A stretch of DNA of 62,954 nt, counting the filler, from Deltaproteobacteria bacterium (lineage in GTDB: Bacteria; JAUYMQ01): the NCBI GenBank assembly GCA_030698575.1. It is 6 parts of 6 records of this genome, joined end to end, with 100 filler letters (N's around TTAATTAATTAA, not from the genome) between each part and the next. Parts side by side here need not be neighbours in the genome. Positions count along the whole stretch, not along the records: positions 1 to 10,495 come from JAUYMQ010000381.1; positions 10,596 to 20,325 come from JAUYMQ010000241.1; 4 more parts are not named here. One strand, 5' to 3'. The notes beneath the pieces were generated by a model that was given only the letters and a program-made list of their open reading frames with translations, made no database searches and was not told where the DNA came from. The number at the start of each line of letters is the position of its first letter. Within the stretch, counting starts at the first letter, position 1. The position numbers and the translations under genes are program-made. Below, one piece after another: positions 1 to 13,265 of this stretch.

Positions 1-1
1 G

Positions 2-427
2 GCCGCCGTCGAGGCGGTCCGTCTCGTAGGAATGCCCGAGGGGCGGATTCCGCTTGCACAGGCGGCGACCTATCTCGCCTCTGCCCCGAAATCGAACGCG
101 AGCTACGTCGCCATCAACCGCGCCGAGGCCGCCCTTCGTGAAAAGGGTGCCCTGCCCGTCCCGCTCCACCTTCGCAACGCGCCCACGGCGCTGCTGGAGA
201 GCCTCGGCTACGGCAAGGGTTACCGATATCCGCACGACTATCCTGGGCATCATGTGCCCCAGCAATATCTGCCGGACGATCTCGCGGGCGCGCGATTCTA
301 TGAACCCTCGGCCGAGGGGGACGAGCGCGAGATCGGGGCGCGGCTGGAAGGGTGGAGAAAGGCCTCCGCGGGCGCGACGCCGGCCGCGGCGGAGAACCCC
401 GGAAAGACAAAAAAGAAGGGAGCCTGA
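2..427 (+). CDS. rarA: Replication-associated recombination protein A (RarA/MgsA), C-terminal part, 5'-truncated
   Basis: MgsA C-terminal signatures GMPEGRIPLAQA, ASAPKSNASY, VPLHLRNAPT, GYGKGYRYPHD, QQYLPD. Confidence 0.93.
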   Translation, partial: AAVEAVRLVGMPEGRIPLAQAATYLASAPKSNASYVAINRAEAALREKGALPVPLHLRNAPTALLESLGYGKGYRYPHDYPGHHVPQQYLPDDLAGARFYEPSAEGDEREIGARLEGWRKASAGATPAAAENPGKTKKKGA

Positions 428-462
428 AGGCTCCCGTCCCCGCGCACGGTTCTGTCAGCGCT

Positions 463-1380
463 TCAGGACGCCAGCACCACCCGGTTGCGTCCCCCCTCTT
501 TTGCCTTGAAAAGCGCATGATCGGCTTTCTGGATCAGCTGGTCCGCGCTGTGAATATCCGGGTGAGGGTAGAGCACCACGCCCGCGCTCAGTGTCTGACT
601 TATGGTGTGCTTCTCGAAGGTGAACCGCGCGCCTTCCACATCCTCACGGACACGCTCCGCCAGCGCAACCGCGCCCTTCTTCTGCGTGTTCGGGAGGAGC
701 ATGGCGAACTCCTCTCCCCCGAAGCGCGCCACCAGATCCGGCTTGCGCGAGTTGCGCTTCAGGATCGCCGCCACCTCGACGAGAATGTAGTCGCCCGCCA
801 TATGCCCGTAACGATCGTTCACGGCCTTGAAGTGATCGAGATCAAACATCATGTAGGCCAGTGCGAGGTTGTATCGCGAACAGCGGTTGAACTCGACCTC
901 GAGTTTCTCCCGCAGGTATCGGCGGTTGTATATGTTGGTCAATCCGTCTGTGACTGAAAGCTCGGAAAGGCGCGCGTTCTTGATCTTCAGCTCGTCCTGG
1001 AGATCCTTTATCTTCAGCTGGACCTTGACACGGGCGATGAGCTCGCGCTCGTCGAAGGGCTTGACGAGATAGTCCGAGGCCCCCTGCTCCAGCCCCCGCA
1101 CCTTGTTTCTGAGATCCTCGGCGCCGGTCAGGAGGATGACGGGCACGTCCTTGTAGACAACACGGCGACGTTTCATGAGGAGGAATTTGAAGCCGTCGCA
1201 GACGGGCATCAGGAGGTCGCAGAGAACCAGATCGATCGGATGCTGCATCAGCATCTTGAAGCCGGTCAGACCGTCGCTCGCCTCATGGAGGTCGGTGAAG
1301 ACCTTGGTCTCTCGCAAGATTTCGCGGATCTGCTTCCGGATCTGCTCGGAGTCGTCGATGATAAGGACGGAATAGCCCAA
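463..1380 (-). CDS. Response-regulator diguanylate cyclase (REC-GGDEF)
   Basis: REC (VLIIDDS, DLVLCDLLMP, DYLVKPF) plus GGEEF active site with RKPD I-site; TTG start at 1380 after GAGG preferred over the longer ORF start at 1470. Confidence 0.9.
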   Translation of the reverse strand: MGYSVLIIDDSEQIRKQIREILRETKVFTDLHEASDGLTGFKMLMQHPIDLVLCDLLMPVCDGFKFLLMKRRRVVYKDVPVILLTGAEDLRNKVRGLEQGASDYLVKPFDERELIARVKVQLKIKDLQDELKIKNARLSELSVTDGLTNIYNRRYLREKLEVEFNRCSRYNLALAYMMFDLDHFKAVNDRYGHMAGDYILVEVAAILKRNSRKPDLVARFGGEEFAMLLPNTQKKGAVALAERVREDVEGARFTFEKHTISQTLSAGVVLYPHPDIHSADQLIQKADHALFKAKEGGRNRVVLAS

Positions 1381-1530
1381 AAGTTTCCTCCGGCCTTTGA
1401 CCGGCATGGTGGCAGACCCCGGACGCGCCGCTGGCCGACCCGGGAGCGAACAGGGTTTCTTTTCGACCAATAGGGAGCAAGGCTTGAGATCGGGCAGATC
1501 GGCGCCGGTGGAGGGCGCGTGGCGGCGAGG

Positions 1531-2175
1531 TCAGGCGCCCCGGCCGCCGCCGGCGGGAACCAGGGGCACGTCGCAGTCGGCGCACCACTCGAAGCCCGCG
1601 CGGTAGGACTCGCCGCACTCCGGGCAGAGGGCGGCCTGATCGGGATCGAGCGAGCGAGGCGGGAGATCGTCAGGAGGTCCGCTCACGGCAGGGTCGTCCC
1701 ATCTCTCGTTTTCAGGCGCGGGCTCCGATTCGTCCGCGGCTTCGTCGGGCGGGCGAAGCTCCTCCCGCGATAGCGCCGGGGGCTCGTCGAGGGCCTCTCC
1801 GATCACATCGATCGCGCGATCCTGATCGGCGGCCTGGACCACGAGAAGCACCACATCAGATTCGGACTCGGAGATTATCCGCTTCGCCGCGATGCCCGCC
1901 CGGGCAAGCGCTTCCGCCGCGCGCTCGGCCCAGTCGGCGTCGGCTTCGGCGAGGATGACCTCCGCAGGCAGATCGTCCTCGTCCGACGCCTGGGGGGCGG
2001 AAACAGGGGAGCCGGGGGCCCCGGGGACGGAAACCTCGATGGCGCCAGTCCGGATCGGCGGGGCCGGCGGCGGGGATTCACGCCGCTCCGTGTAGGGTTC
2101 GGTTGGCGCGTCGCAGGGCCCGCAGTGGGCGGTGCGATCGTCGTAAACGGAAAAACAGCGCGGGCAGCGGCGCAT
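1531..2175 (-). CDS. Hypothetical protein with two zinc ribbons and a DUF2007-like core
   Basis: CPRC..CGPC at N-terminus, CPEC..CADC at C-terminus, central 'AEALARAGIAA...LLVVQAADQDRA'; ATG 2175 after GGGAGG. Confidence 0.65.
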   Translation of the reverse strand: MRRCPRCFSVYDDRTAHCGPCDAPTEPYTERRESPPPAPPIRTGAIEVSVPGAPGSPVSAPQASDEDDLPAEVILAEADADWAERAAEALARAGIAAKRIISESESDVVLLVVQAADQDRAIDVIGEALDEPPALSREELRPPDEAADESEPAPENERWDDPAVSGPPDDLPPRSLDPDQAALCPECGESYRAGFEWCADCDVPLVPAGGGRGA

Positions 2176-2305
2176 CTTGCGGTTTTCCTCCCGGCGTCCG
2201 GTTGTGGGTGGGTAAAGGGATGATGGCACGGCAAGAGGCGCAATAAAACCGCGAACCGACCAGGCGTTGCCGGGGCAACCGCCCCCCCCCCCTGATTTCA
2301 GCGAC

Positions 2306-2340
2306 AAAAAAGGGCGAAGGACCCTGGGTCCCCCGCCCTC
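2306..2340 (-). terminator. Rho-independent terminator downstream of 2364-2927
   Basis: Minus strand GAGGGCGGGGGACC-CAG-GGTCCTTCGCCCTTTTT: GC stem plus T run. Confidence 0.7.
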
Positions 2341-2363
2341 ACATGGCGCCGTCGAGCCATTCC

Positions 2364-2927
2364 TCAGAAAGGCTTGCCGGTCGTCTTGATAAGGCCGATG
2401 AAGGTCTCGCCGGTCGAATCATTCATCATCCGCAGGTTGCCCCGGATGGACTTCAGCGGGGGTTGGAGCATGCCGATTGACTTGTCCACCCCGAAACGTG
2501 CGAGGTAGTCCAGGACGAGTTCTACGTTCCCGGGACCAGAGGTCTGAGTCTCGAGGATCAGAACCATCTGGTAGATCTCGGCGCCTGTGCGATTCGTGAC
2601 GTTGCTGGCCATCACGGTCTCATCGAGCAGCTCGCCGCTGAAGACCTCGCCGCCCGTGAACACCCCCTGGCTCGTGTGCAACTCGCAGGTCGAATCCATC
2701 GTGATGATGGGGAGCGTATTGACGCTCACGTCGCCGTTCACAAAGGTGATAGTGTTGCCCTCGCGCCCCCGGCAGTTCACCGGCGCGGGCGGGGCGCCGT
2801 CTACATACACGAAGCCCGTGATGTCGACGGGAAAAGTGATGTCCGCCGACGCGGGCGATGGTGCGAAGGCCAGCACCGCGACGGCGATCAGGATCGCTCC
2901 TATCTTCAATATCTTGAACTTGCGCAT
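2364..2927 (-). CDS. Exported hypothetical protein
   Basis: Signal peptide MRKFKILKIGAILIAVAVLAFAPSPASA; GGAG RBS; beta-rich mature part. Confidence 0.7.
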   Translation of the reverse strand: MRKFKILKIGAILIAVAVLAFAPSPASADITFPVDITGFVYVDGAPPAPVNCRGREGNTITFVNGDVSVNTLPIITMDSTCELHTSQGVFTGGEVFSGELLDETVMASNVTNRTGAEIYQMVLILETQTSGPGNVELVLDYLARFGVDKSIGMLQPPLKSIRGNLRMMNDSTGETFIGLIKTTGKPF

Positions 2928-3218
2928 TTTGGCTCCTTCCCCTCCGGCACCCCTTCCCATTCGAACCCTATCGGCCCAGGGAGCCGAATCTTGATAGTCC
3001 GGGAGAGACTTCTCCAGGAGAATCCGACCCTCACGGCCTGGAAAGCAGAAGGGCGCGAAATACGCTGATAAGGGGAGGAAACGCTCGTCTCGAATTCGGG
3101 ACCCGCAAAAAAATAGCCCCCGGCGGGAGCGCAATCTTCGAGAGGCTCGGGAAGGGCTTCACGCTGGTCCGCTTCGCAGACGTCGACGCGTCAACTCATA
3201 TCTCAGAGAGGAACTTCC

Positions 3219-3455
3219 ATGGTAGAAAACGCGGCAGAAAACAGGACGGAAAACAGCAAACGTTTCCGATCCGTCAGCATCCTCAGCGCAATCGTCGCGC
3301 TCGTCTTCCTCGGCGCAGGGTCGGGTAAGCTCATCGGGGCCGGGCAGATGGTCGAGACTTTCGAGCATTTCGGTTTCGACACAGACTTTATGCGGTTCAC
3401 CGGCGCCGCGAGCTGGTCGGCTGACGCGGACCAGAACCGAAGGAGGCTCACCTGA
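3219..3455 (+). pseudogene. DoxX-family membrane protein remnant (frameshifted/truncated)
   Basis: LVFLGAGSGKLIG..QMVETFEHFG..FMRFTGA matches a DoxX N-terminus; the expected continuation E-L-V-G is in another frame and stops at once. Confidence 0.55.
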
Positions 3456-4264
3456 TGATGCCGCAAGCGAACGACTTTCTCGATGAGAGCGAGGCGCTTC
3501 ACGCGCTCATAGATCCCTTGTCGGATGAGCGCCTCGGCCAGCCGACGGCCTTCAAGGGGTGGACCATCAACCACGTCATCGGCCACCTGCACGTGTGGAA
3601 CCACGCAGCGGACCTTTCCCTCGAGGGCGATGAGGCATTCCAGGGCTTCTACAAGGAGGTCGTGAGCCACATGGCGGCCGGCGGCACGCTGAGCTCGTTC
3701 GAAAGGCACTGGTTGAAGGGGCTCGAAGGGCGGGCTCTCGTCAAAACTTGGCGGGAGTCTTTCATCGAGATAGCGGGCCGATTCGGCGAGGCGGATCCTT
3801 CGATGCGCGTGCAATGGGCGGGACCCAGCATGAGCGTGAGGTCGTCCATCACCGCGCGCCTCATGGAAACCTGGGCGCACGGGCAGGAGGTCTACGACAC
3901 CCTCGGGGTGGTGCGGCGGAACGCCGACCGCATCCGCAACATCGTCGTGCTCGGCGTCAACACCTACGGATGGACCTTCAAGGTGCGCGGTCAGGAGCCG
4001 CCGGAACCCATGCCGCACCTGCGCCTGACGGGCCCGTCCGGCGAACTGTGGACCCATGGCGAGCCGAGCGAAGCGGAGGTGATCGAAGGGCTGGCGGAAG
4101 AGTTCTGTCAGGTCGTTACGCAGACGCGGAACATCGCCGACACGGCCCTGCAGGTGACCGGCCCGAACGCGGAGTCCTGGATGCGACAGGCCCAATGCTT
4201 TGCCGGGCCGCCGGAAACGCCGCCGGCGCCGGGTCAGCGGAAGACGGCCACCCTGTCTCGGTGA
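3455..4264 (+). CDS. TIGR03084-family (MDMPI-like) metal-binding protein
   Basis: GWTINHVIGHL, WAGPSMSVRSSITARLMETWAHGQ, FCQVVTQTR, AQCFAGPP. Confidence 0.85.
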   Translation: MMPQANDFLDESEALHALIDPLSDERLGQPTAFKGWTINHVIGHLHVWNHAADLSLEGDEAFQGFYKEVVSHMAAGGTLSSFERHWLKGLEGRALVKTWRESFIEIAGRFGEADPSMRVQWAGPSMSVRSSITARLMETWAHGQEVYDTLGVVRRNADRIRNIVVLGVNTYGWTFKVRGQEPPEPMPHLRLTGPSGELWTHGEPSEAEVIEGLAEEFCQVVTQTRNIADTALQVTGPNAESWMRQAQCFAGPPETPPAPGQRKTATLSR

Positions 4265-4302
4265 CCTCGGTCACGCACTGCCCTGGGGGGCTGCGTCGCC
4301 GC

Positions 4303-5352
4303 CTACAGCATCTCTGCCAGGTCTCGAACAAGGCCCAGTTGCTGATCCGCCAGACGCGCGTCGAATCCCACGAGCATGGTGAAGTCGATGTCGAGCGCTT
4401 TCCAGGAAGCAATCTGATCGCGCATGTGTTCCTTCGGCCCCACGAAAGCGAGCTGATCGATCAGGTCGGCCGGAATCGCAGCGGCGGCTTCCTGCTTCTT
4501 TCCGGTCAGGTAGAGATCCTGGATCTTTTCGGTCACTTCTTCGTAGCCGTAACGATCGATCGCGTTCTTGTGGAAATTCTGTCCTTTCGCACCCATGCCG
4601 CCGATGTAAAGGGCAAGATAGGGGCGTACCTGGTCACGGCATGCGTCCAGGTCGGCGCCGGGGATGATCGGCTGCATCACGTAAATACCGAACTCCCTGA
4701 TCGATTTCCCGCCACCCGCTTTCGCGAATCCGGCATCGAGCTTGCTCCGATAAACCCGGTCGAAGTGCAACGGCGACAGCAACATCGCGAGCCAGCCGTC
4801 GGCGATCTCGGCGGTCTGCTCGATGTTCTTCGGCCCCTCTGCGCCGATCACGATCGGAATATCAGGCCGACCGTGCAGGATGCTTTTGAGCGGCTTCCCC
4901 AGGCCCGTCGCCCCGTCGCCGGTAAACGGGATCTGGTAGTGCTCGCCATCGTGCGACATCGGCGCTTCGCGCTCGAAGATTGCCCGGATGATGCGCACGT
5001 ACTCGCGCATGCGCCCGAGCGGACGGCTGTAGGGCATGCCGTACCACCCCTCGACCACCTGCGGGCCCGAAACGCCGAGCCCCAGAATCATCCGTCCCCC
5101 GCTCAGCTGATCCAGCGTGATGGCCGCCATGGCGGCGGCCGCCGGCGCCCGAGCAGAGAGCTGCAGGATGCCGGTCGCGAGCTTCATCTTGCGCGTGTGC
5201 GCGCCAATCCAGGCGAGCGGCGTCAGGGCGTCGGAACCGTAGGCTTCGGCTGTCCAGACCGAACTGCATCCCATCGCCTCGGCTTCCTTGATTTGCGCGA
5301 TCGGAATTTCGATCGTCCGTCCCGAGTACCCGAGATTGATTCCAATTTTCAT
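4303..5352 (-). CDS. LLM-class, probably F420-dependent oxidoreductase (Rv3520c-like)
   Basis: VWTAEAYGSDA, LSGGRMILGLGVSGPQVVEGWYG, TGLGKPLKSI, ALYIGGMGA. Confidence 0.88.
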   Translation of the reverse strand: MKIGINLGYSGRTIEIPIAQIKEAEAMGCSSVWTAEAYGSDALTPLAWIGAHTRKMKLATGILQLSARAPAAAAMAAITLDQLSGGRMILGLGVSGPQVVEGWYGMPYSRPLGRMREYVRIIRAIFEREAPMSHDGEHYQIPFTGDGATGLGKPLKSILHGRPDIPIVIGAEGPKNIEQTAEIADGWLAMLLSPLHFDRVYRSKLDAGFAKAGGGKSIREFGIYVMQPIIPGADLDACRDQVRPYLALYIGGMGAKGQNFHKNAIDRYGYEEVTEKIQDLYLTGKKQEAAAAIPADLIDQLAFVGPKEHMRDQIASWKALDIDFTMLVGFDARLADQQLGLVRDLAEML

Positions 5353-5434
5353 CGTTTCCCTTCCTTCGGCAGGTTAACAGGGGGGATCATAACCCTTGTC
5401 CCACCACCGTGTAAAAAACAGCCGCTCGGCGCGT

Positions 5435-5473
5435 AAAAAAACCCCCGCACGGCCACGACTGGACCGGCGGGGG
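5435..5473 (-). terminator. Terminator after tRNA-Asp
   Basis: Minus strand CCCCCGCCGGTC-CAGTCGT-GGCCGTGCGGGGG followed by T7. Confidence 0.75.
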
Positions 5474-5479
5474 CGACAA

Positions 5480-5556
<77 letters not shown>

Positions 5557-5602
5557 AAAAAACTTCCGCCGCGCGTGGCGCGGCGTTCCGCGAGGCATAA
5601 TC

Positions 5603-5678
5603 TGGTGGGCGGAACAGGGATCGAACCTGTGACCTTCGGCTTGTAAGGCCGACGCTCTCCCAGCTGAGCTATCCGCCC
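5603..5678 (-). tRNA. tRNA-Val(TAC)
   Basis: GGGCGGATAGCTCAGCTGGGAGAGCGTCGGCCTTACAAGCCGAAGGTCACAGGTTCGATCCCTGTTCCGCCCACCA; TAC anticodon, CCA end. Confidence 0.97.
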
Positions 5679-5765
5679 CGCATGCCCGGCCGGCGCAAAG
5701 GCACAAGACCACGCCCCGTCATCCGGGCCGTGGCCGTCCCTGCTTCCTGGGCTTTCCGGGCACGC

Positions 5766-6038
5766 TCAGTTGAGCGAGTCTTTTAGCAGCTTGCTCGCCC
5801 GGAAGCGGGGATTCTTCGACGCCGGAATTCGAATCTCGGCGCCCGTCTGCGGGTTGCGACCCGTTCGTTCCTTGCGGTCGCTTACCTCGAATACGCCGAA
5901 CCCCACAAGGTTGACCTTGTCGCCCCGCTTGAGGGCATCCGAGATTACGTCGAGTAACCCGTTAACGGCCTTCTCGACCTCGGCTTTCCCGAGACCCAGA
6001 CGGGCTGCAAGCTCGTTGATCACTTCGGGCTTGGTCAC
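5766..6038 (-). CDS. hupB: DNA-binding protein HU
   Basis: VNLVGFGVFEV..RTGRNPQTG.EIRIPA; usual position after lon and before tRNA-Val/Asp. Confidence 0.93.
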   Translation of the reverse strand: MTKPEVINELAARLGLGKAEVEKAVNGLLDVISDALKRGDKVNLVGFGVFEVSDRKERTGRNPQTGAEIRIPASKNPRFRASKLLKDSLN

Positions 6039-6083
6039 GACACCCCCCTCTTCAAGAGCCGCAAGCTGATGGAAAACGCGGCC

Positions 6084-6112
6084 AATTTGACAGGCGGCGA
6101 CCCCCTTGTCAA
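6084..6112 (-). promoter_or_regulatory. Putative sigma-70 promoter for HU/tRNAs
   Basis: TTGACA-17 bp-CAAATT with TGn extension on the minus strand; the same stretch is a TTGACA...TGTCAA inverted repeat. Confidence 0.5.
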
Positions 6113-6152
6113 GGAATCCGGCGGGCAGGATCCCCGCCTCAGGGGGCCTCTA

Positions 6153-8645
<2,493 letters not shown>

Positions 8646-8679
8646 GGTCCCCTCGACTCGGGGCGGGTTCGAGCGACCG

Positions 8680-9933
<1,254 letters not shown>

Positions 9934-9973
9934 GTGTTCCTCCCACCATTCTGGCGAAAGTTCTGGCGCCCTT

Positions 9974-10495
9974 TCAGGCTGCTTTTTCCCCCGGGGTCCC
10001 TTTTCCCTTCTTCTCGATGACCGCATCGACGATGCCGTACTTCCTGGCTTCCTCACCCGACATGAAGAAATCCCGGTCGGTGTCCTTCTCGACGCGGTCG
10101 ATGCTCTGATTGGTGTGCTGCGTCAGGATCTCGTTCAGACGCTGGCGCATTCTCAGGATTTCCTTCGCCTGGATTCCGATGTCCGCGGCGGCGCCCTGGA
10201 AGCCCCCCTGGGGCTGGTGGATCATGATGCGGGCGTTCGGCAGCGAAAGCCGCTTGCCCGGGGCCCCCGCCGCGAGCAGGATGGCCGCCATGCTCGCGGC
10301 CTGGCCCATGCAGATGGTCGAGATCGGAGGCTTCACGTACTGCATGGTGTCGTAGATCGCGAGCCCCGCGGTGACGAGCCCGCCCGGGCTGTTGATGTAC
10401 AGGTGGATGTCCTTGTCGGGATCGTCTGATTCGAGAAAGAGGAACTGGGCGATAACGAGATTCGCCACATCGTCGTCGATCGCGGAGCCGATGAA
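9974..10495 (-). CDS. clpP: Clp protease proteolytic subunit ClpP, 5'-truncated by contig end
   Basis: [28 protein letters not shown]. Confidence 0.97.
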   Translation of the reverse strand, partial: FIGSAIDDDVANLVIAQFLFLESDDPDKDIHLYINSPGGLVTAGLAIYDTMQYVKPPISTICMGQAASMAAILLAAGAPGKRLSLPNARIMIHQPQGGFQGAAADIGIQAKEILRMRQRLNEILTQHTNQSIDRVEKDTDRDFFMSGEEARKYGIVDAVIEKKGKGTPGEKAA

Positions 10496-10595
10496 NNNNN
10501 NNNNNNNNNNNNNNNNNNNNNNNNNNNNNNNNNNNNNNNTTAATTAATTAANNNNNNNNNNNNNNNNNNNNNNNNNNNNNNNNNNNNNNNNNNNN
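10496..10595. other. Artificial contig-joining spacer
   Basis: N run with TTAATTAATTAA all-frame stop linker. Confidence 0.99.
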
Positions 10596-10596
10596 C

Positions 10597-11394
10597 GTCG
10601 CCGCAAAGGCGCGGGAGCGGTTTCCCGGCATCCACGTGATCGAGAACGAAACGAACCGGGGCTACGCGGGAGGTAACAACGTAGGGCTGCTACACGCGCT
10701 CGGACTCGGCGTTGATTACGTGCTCGTGCTCAACAACGATGCGATCGTCGAGCCCGACGCCATCGACGAGCTGGTGCAGCTTGCCGAGAGCGATCCGGAG
10801 GTCGGTGCCGTCGGCGCGCGCGTGATGCAGTACGAGGCGCGCGACCGAATGTACGGGGCCGTGGGAACGCTCATCTATATGCCCCAACTCATCCGGCTCG
10901 AGGGGCTGCACGCGGACGATCTCGATCCGTTCAGCTCCCCGCGCGACGGCGACTTCATTCCGGGCTGCAGCATCCTCTTCAGGGCCGCGGTGCTTCGACA
11001 CGTGGGGTTGTTCGACGAGCGATTCTTCGCCTATCACGAGGACGTCGACTGGTGCAGCCGCGCCTGGGAGGCGGGATGGCGCTGCAGCTACCTTCCCTCC
11101 TCAGTCGTGCAGCATCGCGGCGCGATCTACTACGGAACCTCACCCGTGGCCGATTACCGCTACTACTTCTACGGGCGCAACGCCGTGCTTTACGCCCGCA
11201 AGCACGCCAGGCCCGCGCAGATGGCGAAGCTTCTGGCCACCTCGGGGGCCTACCTCGCGGCCTCCGCAGTCAGGCGCATGATCCGCGGGGAGCCGCCCCG
11301 GCTCGTGCTTCGCACCGCGGGACTCATTGCCAGGGGGATGGCCGACGGCTGGCGGGGCGAGAAGCTTCGGCTGGCCGAGATCGGACTCGTCTGA
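10597..11394 (+). CDS. GT2-family glycosyltransferase, 5'-truncated
   Basis: NRGYAGGNN, VLVLNNDA, FDERFFAYHEDVDW. Confidence 0.9.
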   Translation, partial: VAAKARERFPGIHVIENETNRGYAGGNNVGLLHALGLGVDYVLVLNNDAIVEPDAIDELVQLAESDPEVGAVGARVMQYEARDRMYGAVGTLIYMPQLIRLEGLHADDLDPFSSPRDGDFIPGCSILFRAAVLRHVGLFDERFFAYHEDVDWCSRAWEAGWRCSYLPSSVVQHRGAIYYGTSPVADYRYYFYGRNAVLYARKHARPAQMAKLLATSGAYLAASAVRRMIRGEPPRLVLRTAGLIARGMADGWRGEKLRLAEIGLV

Positions 11395-12212
11395 TGCCGC
11401 ACAAGTTCTTCCTGGTGGCCAAGCCAGGCGCTCACTATCACCTGGGCGAGTACTGGCGCGACGAGGAGATGGAGGCCCACGTAGCGCTCTGCGAGCACGA
11501 GACGACGCTGGCGCTCTACCTCGATCTGCTCCCCCGCGACGCTCCCATCCTCGACGCGGGGTGCGGCGCGGGGCGGTGGGTGATCTACCTGCGACGACGA
11601 GGCTACGACGTGTCCGGTATGGACCGGAGCCCGGAGGGACTTGCGCGGGCGCGGGCTTTCGATCCTGGAGCAAGGCTCGTCGCCGGAGACGTGGCGGCGA
11701 AGCCCTTCCCCTCGGCGTCCTTCGGCGCGGTCCTCTCTTCGGGAGTGGTCGAACATTTTGAGGAGGGCCCCGCCCAGGCCCTCGCGGAGGCGGCCCGGGT
11801 CCTGCGCCCAGGCGGGCTCCTGCTCGTGGCGGTTCCCTACAACAGCCCGCTCCGGCGCTTCTTCTACCACCCCCTCATGGCGCTCATCCGGCGGATGACG
11901 ACTGCCGGCGGCGTCCAATGGGAATTCGCCGAGTACCGGTTCACGGCGGCGGAGATGCGCCGGATCCTCGAGCGGGCGGGATTCGCATGGGAGGGCGCGC
12001 ATCCGGACGACTACAATCCGCCCAAGGCAAAGGGGATCTGGGTCGATTATAATCAGCTACTCGGCAGGCCCGGGCGGATGTGGGAGCTGAACGCGGCGGG
12101 GCGAGTTCTGCAGCGGGTCCTGAACGCGCTCTCCCCGTGGCTCTCCTGCGCGGGTGTCCTGTGCGTGGCGAGGAAGGCCGACCCCAGTTCCCCCCACCCG
12201 GTCCGCGATTGA
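11394..12212 (+). CDS. Class I SAM-dependent methyltransferase
   Basis: ILDAGCGAG motif I, GVVEHF, RVLRPGG; ATG overlaps the upstream stop (TGATG). Confidence 0.88.
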   Translation: MPHKFFLVAKPGAHYHLGEYWRDEEMEAHVALCEHETTLALYLDLLPRDAPILDAGCGAGRWVIYLRRRGYDVSGMDRSPEGLARARAFDPGARLVAGDVAAKPFPSASFGAVLSSGVVEHFEEGPAQALAEAARVLRPGGLLLVAVPYNSPLRRFFYHPLMALIRRMTTAGGVQWEFAEYRFTAAEMRRILERAGFAWEGAHPDDYNPPKAKGIWVDYNQLLGRPGRMWELNAAGRVLQRVLNALSPWLSCAGVLCVARKADPSSPHPVRD

Positions 12213-13237
12213 TGCGAACGCCTCTGCCTCTCGTCTCCGTGATCATACCGACCTGGAACCGGCGGGATCTGCTGGGCGAGTGCCTCCGCGGGCTCAAGGG
12301 CCAGACCTACGAGCGCTTCGAGGTGATCGTCGTGGACAACGGCTCGAGCGACGGCTCGCTGGACGAGGCGCGCGCAATCTGGGGCGAGCAGGGGCTCTAC
12401 CTGCGGAACGATCGGAACCTGGGCTACGCGCGCGCGGTCAATCAGGGGTTCGAGGCCTCCGGCAGCGATTACGTGGCCACCCTCAACAACGACGCGGTTC
12501 CCGAGCCGGGTTGGCTGGCGGCGCTCGTCGAGGCGGCGGAGGCAAGTCCAGAGGTGGGGATGGTGGCCTCGAAGATTGTGGATCATGACGATCCCCACGT
12601 CATCGACGGCACGGGGCTTCTGATCTATCCCGACGGCTCCAGCCGCGCGCGGGGGAGGCTCGAGCGAGACGAGGGGCAGTACGACGATGTCACCGAAGCC
12701 CTGCTCCCCTCCGGCGCGGCCGCGCTCTACCGGCGCCGGATGCTTCAGGAAATCGGCCACCATGACGAAAACTTCTTCGCTTATTGTGAAGACACCGATC
12801 TCGGTCTTCGCGGGCGCCTTGCGGGGTGGAAGTGCGCCTTTGCGCCAAAGGCCGTCGTGAGGCATCGCTACTCCGCTTCGACCGGAGGATACTCGGAAAG
12901 CAAAGCCTTCCTGGTCGAGCGGAACCGCCTCTGGGTGGCGGTCAAGAATTTTCCGGTGGGGCGGCTGCTGCTGACGCCCTTCTACACGCTCGACCGTTAC
13001 GCGTTCCAGGCCTGGGCAGCGCTTTCCGGCCGTGGCGCCGCGGGGCGCTTCGCGCGCGAGAACTCGTCCGGGCGCCTGATGGTGCTGCTTCTGCGCGCGC
13101 AGTGGGCGGGCCTCCGGGGCCTGCCGCGGGCGCTTCGGGCGCGCCGCCAAGTTCGCGTTGCGGTGCCGCCCGAGGAGATCGCGCGATGGTTCCGGGAGTT
13201 CGGCATCGAGGCGCGGGAGCTGGCGTTCAAGGAATGA
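12212..13237 (+). CDS. GT2-family glycosyltransferase
   Basis: VSVIIPTWN, VVDNGSSD, LNNDA, FFAYCEDTDLG. Confidence 0.92.
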   Translation: MRTPLPLVSVIIPTWNRRDLLGECLRGLKGQTYERFEVIVVDNGSSDGSLDEARAIWGEQGLYLRNDRNLGYARAVNQGFEASGSDYVATLNNDAVPEPGWLAALVEAAEASPEVGMVASKIVDHDDPHVIDGTGLLIYPDGSSRARGRLERDEGQYDDVTEALLPSGAAALYRRRMLQEIGHHDENFFAYCEDTDLGLRGRLAGWKCAFAPKAVVRHRYSASTGGYSESKAFLVERNRLWVAVKNFPVGRLLLTPFYTLDRYAFQAWAALSGRGAAGRFARENSSGRLMVLLLRAQWAGLRGLPRALRARRQVRVAVPPEEIARWFREFGIEARELAFKE

Positions 13238-13265
13238 ACCCATCGGACAATCTGGAGAGCCGCTC

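Noticed and set aside
2224-2240. TGGCAC as a sigma-54 -24 box
   Set aside because: No correctly spaced -12 GC and no plus-strand gene downstream
3748-5436. Long antisense or alternative-frame ORFs (also 8629-9897, 20700-22238, 36737-38563, 12053-13639)
   Set aside because: Shadow ORFs opposite well-supported genes, expected in high-GC DNA; no recognisable motifs
10496-10595. TTAATTAATTAA palindrome inside N runs (five copies in the window)
   Set aside because: Artificial all-frame-stop linker joining contigs; not biological, and cross-gap synteny is meaningless
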